From NCBI GenBank assembly GCA_965649295.1, contig CBFGKH010000001.1:256001-320000 (forward strand): DNA of 64,000 nucleotides, in the 5' to 3' direction. Position numbers and translations under genes: made by a program. Positions 56,650 through 64,000 of the stretch are shown piece by piece. How positions within the stretch are numbered: the stretch's first letter is position 1; each line of letters starts with the position of its first letter. Source of the DNA: a candidate division WOR-3 bacterium. GTDB lineage: Bacteria; Hydrothermota; Tepidihabitantia; Tepidihabitantales; Tepidihabitantaceae. The notes under the pieces were generated by a model. That model worked only from the letters and a program-made list of their open reading frames with translations. It had not been told where the DNA came from and did no database searches.

Positions 56650-58044
56650 TCACCTCCGGCTTCTCAAGACCTCCAGAAACGCATCAATCCTCGTCTGCAA
56701 TTGGCGGTCAACCTCCCGGGCTGGCGGCGCGACATCAAACTCGAGAACCGGCAGACCGAGTTCCTGCTTTACCTGTTCGGCAATCAGGCCTGACTCCATC
56801 GCACAATGCGACCCGCCAAAGACATTGGCGATGATCACGCCCTCGGCTCGATTCTCTCGCGCCTGTTCGATAATCCGGGATGTGCGCTGTCGCGAAGTAC
56901 CGATAAGCGACGCCTGCATAAACGACTCAGCAATCGCTGGCAGGGGTGGCTTTGTCTCGTCGATAATCGCCAGCGCCTGATTAATGACATACTCGGTGCC
57001 GACTACCCGCGCGCCGGCATCCTCCACATAGGTCAATAGCAGAGGTTCGGCCGGTGGCGTAACCCAGACAAGCCGCAACGCATCAGGCGAGAGCGGCCGC
57101 TGCCCCGTCCTGACTCTTTCCTCGGCAGTTGCCACTAGGTGCTCGAGCACACTGGACCACTCACCGATGTCGGAGTAGTAGTGGAGGTTACCAAACTCAA
57201 TGACCATCATCTCGAGCGCTGGCAGCGCCGCATTGCGGTAACCAAGCTCTCGCAATCGAGAGACAAGTCGGCGCACACGGTTAGCTCGACGTACGCCCGC
57301 TCGCAGCTCATCCTGAGTCAACCGATGACAGGTTAGCTCCTCAAGCCGAGTAATAACACGCTCGTACTCTGCCACCAGCAACCTGACCGCTGCCTCGGTA
57401 TCAGCCTGCGCTTCGCCTGTCGCAATCCGACATTCCCGCCGCATCGGCTCCTCAACCCACACGACTTCGCTAGCAATGTCCGCCACCAGTTGCTCGACGC
57501 CAGAAAAGTCATCACAGGACGCACCCGTCGAGGCAATCACCAGTTCGGGGTCTGGGAAATAGGCATGCTTAGCAAAGGCTCCCAGCGCAGCCCGCGAGAA
57601 ACAGGTTCCCTCGCCGATGCCAAGTTCAGCCGCCGCATCGAACAGCACCTTCGACTCCATTACAAACGGAGTCCACCAAATGCAGTCAGGGTAGAACGCT
57701 ACACAATCGGGAAATGAGTTCACGATAACCGGCAATGCCCCAAGATCACCCATCGTTGCAATGACCCGGCGGCCAAGCTGCCTGGCCCGAAACAACCGCT
57801 CTGTCTCATTCTGAACAAATCCCCACAGCCGCAGCGCCGCCAGGGAATTATCGAACCGAAGCCGCCGCAGGTGCCGCATACCGTAGATGGCAAAAGTTTG
57901 GGGTGGAAATAGATACTTAGAGAATCCTTCCTGGTTCGGAGGAAAGTAGTGGTAACGCTCAATCAGCTCATCCGGCACTCGCTCAAATAGCTCCTGCCAT
58001 TCAGCAAACCCAATTCGCTTCGGCTCTGGATCTATCCAGCCCAT
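56650..58044 (-). CDS. 2-hydroxyacyl-CoA dehydratase family (HgdA/B-like) Fe-S protein
   Basis: TCF, ASCDD, SHC cysteines; LGLPVLEFD...TRIDAFLE C-terminus. Confidence 0.8.
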   Translation of the reverse strand: MGWIDPEPKRIGFAEWQELFERVPDELIERYHYFPPNQEGFSKYLFPPQTFAIYGMRHLRRLRFDNSLAALRLWGFVQNETERLFRARQLGRRVIATMGDLGALPVIVNSFPDCVAFYPDCIWWTPFVMESKVLFDAAAELGIGEGTCFSRAALGAFAKHAYFPDPELVIASTGASCDDFSGVEQLVADIASEVVWVEEPMRRECRIATGEAQADTEAAVRLLVAEYERVITRLEELTCHRLTQDELRAGVRRANRVRRLVSRLRELGYRNAALPALEMMVIEFGNLHYYSDIGEWSSVLEHLVATAEERVRTGQRPLSPDALRLVWVTPPAEPLLLTYVEDAGARVVGTEYVINQALAIIDETKPPLPAIAESFMQASLIGTSRQRTSRIIEQARENRAEGVIIANVFGGSHCAMESGLIAEQVKQELGLPVLEFDVAPPAREVDRQLQTRIDAFLEVLRSRR

Positions 58045-58060
58045 CAGGTCCTACCCTTGC

Positions 58061-59149
58061 TCACAACATCTCCAGAAATGCCTCAACCCGGGTGCGCACC
58101 TGCTCCCGGTTCTCCTGCGAGTAGTCAGTATCGAGGTGGAGCACGGGCAGACCGACAGCAGTCTTCAACCGCTTCGCCTCGAAGTTCCAAGGGTCGCAGT
58201 AAAGCAGAGTCTTGTACACAATCCCCAGTACCTGCCGCGCCCGGGCCAGCCGACGGATATAGTCGTAAAGGCCGTCGTTCGGCCGACGGAAAGCACAAGG
58301 AACCCGGCAGTAGTAACCAGCGGCCAGACCCTCCATTGGGTCCGGCGTAATCGGAACGTCATCGGCATACGAACGACTGCCGGTGCAGAGGAAGTCGGCA
58401 ACGATATTCGCCTGCTGTTCGATCAATTCCAGTAGCCAGCGATCCTCAACGGCGAGGATGCTACCGCCGATCATCAGCCGCGGCACGTGTCCAAACAAAA
58501 CCCGCTGCTCGCTCGGCAGGGCCTTCAACATCTCAACCGCCCGTTCTGGCGCTAGTAGCCAAGCCAGAGCTACAAGGTCAAGCAAACGGCGCTGACTTGG
58601 CCCGGTCACAACTGACCGTCGCTCGTCAAGTTCCCGTAGCACTGCCCGCAGTTGATTGTAACTGACCGTCGCGGCTCGGATTGACTCATCACTTGCCCGG
58701 ATGCCGGTGAGGCTAGCCAGCTCAAGCCGTAGCTGTTCGAGCTGACGCCGAAACTCAGCCAGCCGCTGGGGCAGCGGCTCACTCGTGCGTGGCAGATAGA
58801 CCTGCAGCACCGGCCGGCCGAAATAGCGCTCGATTGACTCTGGCAGTCGCCGCATCATGTCGCAGGTATTGACAGCAACGACCGCATCGGTCAATCGGTA
58901 CAGCGGATCGAGCTCAAATCCACCCAAACAGCTCTTGCAAAAAGAACACGCATCAGCTCGCAGGTATTTGCTGCCGACCAGTTCTGCGGAGTAGCTACCA
59001 TGTTCAAGTCGCACCGGTATTGCGCCGGCCGCCGCAATCAACTCCACCGGCGCGTAGTTGCACAGATAGCCGATGACCTTCCCTCCCTGGCCGCGCGACC
59101 CTTCAATCTCAGCCAATCGCTGAGTTCGCAACTCGACTAGTCTGTCCAT
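58061..59149 (-). CDS. 2-hydroxyacyl-CoA dehydratase family protein, cysteine-rich (double-cubane-like)
   Basis: IGYLCNYAPVELIAAAG, CSFCKSC, NTCD, LCTG, VPCA, YCD, DTDYS...TRVEAFLEML. Confidence 0.85.
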   Translation of the reverse strand: MDRLVELRTQRLAEIEGSRGQGGKVIGYLCNYAPVELIAAAGAIPVRLEHGSYSAELVGSKYLRADACSFCKSCLGGFELDPLYRLTDAVVAVNTCDMMRRLPESIERYFGRPVLQVYLPRTSEPLPQRLAEFRRQLEQLRLELASLTGIRASDESIRAATVSYNQLRAVLRELDERRSVVTGPSQRRLLDLVALAWLLAPERAVEMLKALPSEQRVLFGHVPRLMIGGSILAVEDRWLLELIEQQANIVADFLCTGSRSYADDVPITPDPMEGLAAGYYCRVPCAFRRPNDGLYDYIRRLARARQVLGIVYKTLLYCDPWNFEAKRLKTAVGLPVLHLDTDYSQENREQVRTRVEAFLEML

Positions 59150-60522
59150 GGCTCCAGACTCATTCCATCAACAAACACCGTCTCAAACCTAGGGTCCTCC
59201 GCTAGTAACAACTCGCTGCACTGCTCGGCCAGCCTCTCGCTCAGCTGTAACCGGTCTGGACTGAGCGCTGCCTGCACCGCCCCGCGCAGAGCCAAGTTCC
59301 CATGCTGCCGCACTCGGTCAAGCGACAGAGTCGGCAGCAGGCCAATTGCCATTGCCGAACGCGGATTCAGCGCCGCTCCAAACTTGCCGGTGACATGCAG
59401 CCGGTAGATATCTGCCACCCGCGCACCCCACTCTCGAAGGAGCAACCGGACAGCAGCCATAATCGCGCCCTTAGCCAGTTGCACCGCCCGCAAATCATCC
59501 TGACTCAAGAAGACATGCCGGCCCAGTTCGAGTCGGCCGGCCCTGACTCTGCCTGATCGGTTAATCAGTCCCAAGCGCAGCCCACAGGCCACTGCATCGA
59601 CCACCCCTGAACCGCAGATGCTCCTGGGCTCGCTCTGACCGACAACACTAGCTACCAGTCGCCCCCCTCGTATCGCTACCGCCCTGATTGCTCCGCGTAT
59701 AGCAAGACTGCCGCACGCAAGCGTTGCCCCCTCAAATGCCGGCCCGGCCGCCGTCGAGCAGACAAGCAACCGCTCACAATTGCCTATTACCACCTCACCG
59801 TTGGTGCCGGCATCAATAAGCAATCCCAGTCGCCGACTACGCCAGATTCCTGATGCCAGTATTGCCGCAGTGCAGTCGCTGCCCACAAAGCTGCCCAGCA
59901 AAGGCAGTATCCGCAGCCGCAGACCACCGGCCGCAAACCGCAGCACTCTTTTGAGTGGCAGTCTTGAGCGATAAGGGTACTCGCCGAGGCTCGCCGGACT
60001 CTTCCGGGCGAGAAAATGCGCCATCACCGTGTTCCCAACCGCGACCAGCTCCTGTCTGCGGCTCACCCCATGACCTTCGGCAAATCCGGCGATCAACTTA
60101 TGCAGCCCGGCTTTCATCGCCCTAGCCCCGGCCCTAATCCGGCTCATCACATCTGCTCCGAATGGTAACTGAGGGTTGAGAGCATCCTGCCGGGCAACAA
60201 TCCTACCCGACTCACTATCTACGACCGCAAGAGCGACCGTCGTCGTGCCGACATCAGCGACAAGCTTGCGCGACACACCCGCGTATTGGCGTCTTGACTG
60301 TCGTGTCCTAGTGTTGGCGACGGCTGGTCTCACCCCGCTGACTTTCACCACTTCTGTCGGGACGTACCGGCACGCGAACACTCGGCGAGTGCCAGTCGAA
60401 TCGGTGACAGTGACGCGGCACTTGCCACAAGTACCGGCGCCACCGCAGTCCGACGTAACGCGCACACCCCGTTCCTGCAGCAGCCGCAGCAACGTCTGCC
60501 TGGCCCTCGGCACAATCCTCAC
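59137..60522 (-). CDS. ATP-dependent reductive activator of corrinoid proteins (RACo/RamA-like; 2Fe-2S plus ASKHA)
   Basis: CGGAGTCGKC...AC, DVGTTT, NPQ..FGADVMSRI, GNTVM, FVGSD, DAGTNGE, TAAGPAFEG, CGSG, QLAKGAI. Confidence 0.88.
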   Translation of the reverse strand: MRIVPRARQTLLRLLQERGVRVTSDCGGAGTCGKCRVTVTDSTGTRRVFACRYVPTEVVKVSGVRPAVANTRTRQSRRQYAGVSRKLVADVGTTTVALAVVDSESGRIVARQDALNPQLPFGADVMSRIRAGARAMKAGLHKLIAGFAEGHGVSRRQELVAVGNTVMAHFLARKSPASLGEYPYRSRLPLKRVLRFAAGGLRLRILPLLGSFVGSDCTAAILASGIWRSRRLGLLIDAGTNGEVVIGNCERLLVCSTAAGPAFEGATLACGSLAIRGAIRAVAIRGGRLVASVVGQSEPRSICGSGVVDAVACGLRLGLINRSGRVRAGRLELGRHVFLSQDDLRAVQLAKGAIMAAVRLLLREWGARVADIYRLHVTGKFGAALNPRSAMAIGLLPTLSLDRVRQHGNLALRGAVQAALSPDRLQLSERLAEQCSELLLAEDPRFETVFVDGMSLEPWTD

Positions 60523-61541
60523 TGCACCGTCTGCCCTTTGTTACCTTCGGACTGCTCCTCCCGCCCTGCCGCCACAACCGCCTGCACGTTCTCCTTCGGC
60601 GTGTCCGGCGGCACGTCGCAGCTCGTCGAGAGCAACAGGTTCGGCCCGCCAGTGGCAAGACACAGCCGAGCCGCGGCGGTCACTTGGTCGGCACTGCCCT
60701 GTAGCAACAGGTGAGTGGAGACATTACCCATCAGAACAATACCTGGGCCGACTTCAGCCCGGACCCATTCCAGGTCCATCTCATCCAGACTCAGTAGGTC
60801 GGCTCGCGTCGCGACCATTTGCTTCAGGATGTGCCGAGTTTCACCACAGATGTGCAGGCCACAGCGACTGCCGTTCTCGTGGATAGCAGCAACGAGCTGG
60901 GCAAGACCAGGCTGGGCGAACTCACGGAAAATGCTCGAACCGACCATGCTACCAGAAGCCACCGGATCACCGATAAATGGCACACCACCGGCTTTGATGA
61001 TTGCCTCAGCGTAGCGCACCTGGTTCTCAAGCGCCAGCCGGAGAAACTCCCGGGCCCGCTCCGGATTGTCAATCAAATCCGCAAGAAAGCCCTCAATACC
61101 ACGCAGAAAAGACGCAAGCGAGAACGGGCCCTTGAGCGATACCAGCACCGGTGCCTCACCGTTGAGCAGTTTCGTTAGCCGACGCGTCGTCTCGAGCACC
61201 ACTGGCATGCGGCCATCCTTTTCTGGCTCGGCCGGCTCCAGCTTCGACACGCGGGGCGGTTCGAGCAGAAACGGGTCGTCGTCTTCGGGGATGATTATCT
61301 GGGCACCCATCGCCTCAGCCTCGACCATTGTGTCGGTAAAGACCATCACCAGGTCGTAGCCATAGTACCGATACGCTGCATAGAGCACCCGGCTCAGTAC
61401 GTCCGCGTCCGTCACCGCTTCCGCTATTGAGTAACCTTCAAGCCGTGCCGCATGATTAGCCACGACCATCGGAAACACAACCGGTGCATCCGGCTTCTCG
61501 CCGCGCAACAGTTGGGCAAACCGCTTTGCCTTGTCCTTCAT
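60519..61541 (-). CDS. second UroD-fold methylcobamide-dependent methyltransferase (MtaA/CmuA-like)
   Basis: VEAEAMG, DGRMPVVLE, GPFSLA, LHICGE...SCDVP.DTP.EN. Confidence 0.85.
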   Translation of the reverse strand: MKDKAKRFAQLLRGEKPDAPVVFPMVVANHAARLEGYSIAEAVTDADVLSRVLYAAYRYYGYDLVMVFTDTMVEAEAMGAQIIIPEDDDPFLLEPPRVSKLEPAEPEKDGRMPVVLETTRRLTKLLNGEAPVLVSLKGPFSLASFLRGIEGFLADLIDNPERAREFLRLALENQVRYAEAIIKAGGVPFIGDPVASGSMVGSSIFREFAQPGLAQLVAAIHENGSRCGLHICGETRHILKQMVATRADLLSLDEMDLEWVRAEVGPGIVLMGNVSTHLLLQGSADQVTAAARLCLATGGPNLLLSTSCDVPPDTPKENVQAVVAAGREEQSEGNKGQTVQ

Positions 61542-61658
61542 CAGCCTCGTGACCTTGTAACGGCTCTCATCTTTGTATCTTGGTGCTCGTGACAGTTCTT
61601 CCTTTGCCCGAACCCACCAGCGCCCTTCTTCGTGCCCTCGTCTCCTTCGTGATTTGTC

Positions 61659-62306
61659 CTAAGTCTCGCTGACCAGACGTTCGACTTCCCGCACTGCCGC
61701 GTAGGCATCGGCTGCATAGCCATCAGCACCAATCCGGCGAGCAAACTCAGCCGTGACTGGCGCACCGCCGACAATCACCCGCACCTGCTGCCGCAACCCG
61801 GCTTTGTCCAGCAGTTCGATGACCTTCCCCATCTTTGGCATCGTCGTTGTCATCAGCGACGACATCCCCAGCACCGCTGCACCGTACTCGCTAGCTGCCT
61901 TCACAAAACCATCGAGAAACACGTTGCGACCAAGGTCAATGACCTCAAACCCGGCTGCCTGCACCATCACCTTGACGATATTCTTGCCAATATCGTGGAT
62001 ATCGCCCTGCACCACACCCAGAATTACCCGGCCCCGGCTCTGAGGAAGCGCGCCGATATGCTCTTTCAGGATGTCGAACCCGGCGTACATCGCCCGCGAT
62101 GCAAGCAATACTTCCGGCACAAAACACTCCTTCGCCGCGTAGCGCTCACCCATTCGGCGCATTCCAACAGCAAGGCCATTAGTGATGGCATCCTGCGGCG
62201 ATAGCCCCAGTTGAATTACCCGGTGGGCAAGTTCGACCACTCGCTCGGGCTTCATCGCCACCACTGCCTCGGCCAGTTGCCCAAATAGGGGATGATTCTC
62301 ACTCAT
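61659..62306 (-). CDS. corrinoid (B12-binding) protein, MtaC/MttC-like
   Basis: Cap FVPEVLLA; DIHDIGKNIV; SSLMTTT; VGGAPV; GADGY. Confidence 0.93.
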   Translation of the reverse strand: MSENHPLFGQLAEAVVAMKPERVVELAHRVIQLGLSPQDAITNGLAVGMRRMGERYAAKECFVPEVLLASRAMYAGFDILKEHIGALPQSRGRVILGVVQGDIHDIGKNIVKVMVQAAGFEVIDLGRNVFLDGFVKAASEYGAAVLGMSSLMTTTMPKMGKVIELLDKAGLRQQVRVIVGGAPVTAEFARRIGADGYAADAYAAVREVERLVSET

Positions 62307-62351
62307 TGCTAGAGGATAGCGCAGCCACCAGCCTGAGCAAATCTAGTCCAA

Positions 62352-63386
62352 CTAGCAAACCTGTAGCCGCCCATTGCCCACAACCACCTCACCGATGACA
62401 GTCGCCGCCTCAACTCCCCTGGTCAGCAGTCGGTCTAGCAACCTGTCCTTACGTTCAGCAGCCACTGCCATCAATAGCCCGCCCGCAGTCTGCGCGTCAC
62501 AGAGCAGTAGGCGTAGCTCTTCGGTAACCCCAGCAGCGAAATCTGCCCGCTCACGAATAAAACTGTAGTTCTTCAGCGACCCGACTGGAAAGAGACTCTG
62601 CCTGGCCAGCTCAATTGCTTCGGCAATAATCGGGACCCGGTCAGCATGAATGAGAATATCTATCCCTCCGCTCTGAGCCATCTCCCAGGCATGACCAAGG
62701 AGACCGAATCCGGTAACATCGGTGGCGGCGTTCACGCCGACCTCAACCATTACAGCCGCGGCAGTACGATTGAGCTGAGACATCACCCGGTTGGCCGCGG
62801 CTACCGCTTCTCGCGAAGCCAGGTTCGCCCGTAGCGCAGTTGTAATAATGCCAATGCCGAGCGGTTTGGTAAGGATGAGGACGTCCCCAGGGTTTGCCCC
62901 AACGTTCCGGACAACCCGGTCGGGGTGCACCAGCCCGGTCACTGCCAGACCGCACTTCACCTCCGAGTCCTTTAGAGTATGGCCGCCGGCAATCACCGCC
63001 CCAGCCTCGCGCACCTTGTCCCTCACGCCAGCAAGAATGGCACGGATAGTCTCGTGCCCAATCTCACCGACCGGAAAGGCAATGATGTTCAAGGCAACAA
63101 CTGGCCTGCCGCCCATCGCATAGACGTCAGAAAGCGAGTTCGCCGCCGCAATCTGACCGAAGACGTAAGGATCGTCGGCAATCGGCGTCAACACGTCCAC
63201 AGTGAGCACCAGTGCCAATTCGTCGGCAACCCGATAGACCCCGGCGTCATCTGCTGTCTCGCCGCCAACCAGCAGCCGCGGGTCAGTGAACTCAGGAAGC
63301 TGCTGCAGTACCTGCATCAGGTCTTCCTGACAGACCTTGGCCGCTCAGCCGGCAGCCCGCGCATAGTCAATAAGGCGACGCTTCAT
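62352..63386 (-). CDS. selD: selenide, water dikinase (selenophosphate synthetase), selenoprotein with Sec at codon 14
   Basis: GAGGAG RBS; ATG 63386 gives MKRRLIDYARAAG-UGA-AAKV in frame with DDAGVY, NSLSDVYAMGG, GGHT, TDVTGFGL, DAQTAGGLL. Confidence 0.93.
63312..63337 (-). promoter_or_regulatory. candidate bacterial SECIS hairpin just after the selD UGA
   Basis: mRNA AGGUCUGUCAGGAAGACCUGAUGCAG starts 8 nt after the UGA; folds as UCAGG-AAGA-CCUGA or AGGUCU-GUCAGGA-AGACCU. Confidence 0.55.
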
Positions 63387-63417
63387 TGCGCTCCTCTTCC
63401 CTCTGCCGCCGCGATTA

Positions 63418-63999
63418 CTAGAGTACGACGAGCTGTTCGCCAGCTAGTAGCGTCCCGGCCAACTCATACATATTGGAGACCGTGCCAACTCGAACCCGCT
63501 CCTTTGCTCCGAAGTAGTCAAGGCACGTCCCGCACGCCTTGATTGTCACACCGGCAGCTTCAAGAGTCTGCAGAGACTGCAGTTGGTCCGAGCCATCCAA
63601 GGCCAACTTCACGCCGCTATTTATGAGCAGCAGGTACGCTGGCCGCGTCGGTAGTTCGTTCAATGTCCGCAAGAATAGCGTCATCAGCAGACGGCCAAGT
63701 TCACGATCGCCCCGACCAAACTCGTCTGAGCTGATAACCAGCACGCGACCCTTGCGCTCCGCTGACTGCTGCTGGCTCGCACCCGGGCAGATGCTGACAA
63801 CATAACAGCCCGGCTCGCGCTCTGACCACGAAACCTGGCACCCGGCACCTTGGGCAAAGCGTACGATGTTGTCCCGTGACTCCGGACTGTCAGTCAGCAC
63901 GGCGATTGTCTCACCCTTGTGCGCTGCCAGTGCCCGCTTCGTCAGCACGATCGGTTCTGGGCAGACGAGTCCGCGAACGTCAACCTCGATTGTGACCAC
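63418..63999 (-). CDS. yedF: sulfurtransferase-like selenium metabolism protein YedF (TusA + DsrE domains); start at window edge
   Basis: DVRGLVCPEP; FGRGDRELG.LLM..F; CGTCLDYF; VSNMYE; upstream of selD. Confidence 0.85.
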   Translation of the reverse strand: MVTIEVDVRGLVCPEPIVLTKRALAAHKGETIAVLTDSPESRDNIVRFAQGAGCQVSWSEREPGCYVVSICPGASQQQSAERKGRVLVISSDEFGRGDRELGRLLMTLFLRTLNELPTRPAYLLLINSGVKLALDGSDQLQSLQTLEAAGVTIKACGTCLDYFGAKERVRVGTVSNMYELAGTLLAGEQLVVL

Positions 64000-64000
64000 G

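Noticed and set aside
55582..61541. Calling the UroD-fold genes hemE
   Set aside because: They lack the RQAGR motif, carry the HxC...C Zn motif, and sit with corrinoid genes.
54815..62306. Pyrrolysine or further selenocysteine read-through in the corrinoid cluster
   Set aside because: All seven ORFs look full length with no in-frame TAG or TGA.

Overview
A GC-rich (by eye about 60%) chromosomal segment from an anaerobic diderm bacterium. The many secreted CARDB/Kelch proteins with T9SS/FlgD-like C-terminal tails suggest a WOR-3/FCB-type lineage (inference). I see no rRNA, tRNA, CRISPR array, transposase or prophage. Housekeeping and metabolic genes: lspA, cysteine desulfurase, archease, trxA, deoC, kbl, aminotransferase, tkt, fsa, murA, ispG. 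Operons: a NatAB-like ABC exporter; a DUF2089/DUF4097/LiaF-like envelope-stress operon; an [FeFe]-hydrogenase maturation operon (regulator-hydG-aspA-hydF-hydE); a seven-gene corrinoid/methyltransferase plus ATP-dependent reductase cluster beside yedF-selD. There are also seven CTD-bearing secreted proteins, a tail-fibre-like S74 protein with a small partner gene, and a frameshifted GlcD-like oxidase. Main unexplained signals: (1) four intergenic tracts of about 200-350 bp made of degenerate 12-bp units, all in the same orientation; (2) the corrinoid/reductase/selenium cluster, whose selD has an in-frame UGA (Sec); (3) a sigma-54 unit with paired enhancer sites that transcribes only a structured leader and a 64-aa ORF; (4) a fibre+anchor gene pair whose S74 catalytic Ser is replaced by Cys; (5) many leaderless genes whose promoters have 16-bp spacers. 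All family calls come from motif recognition, not database searches.
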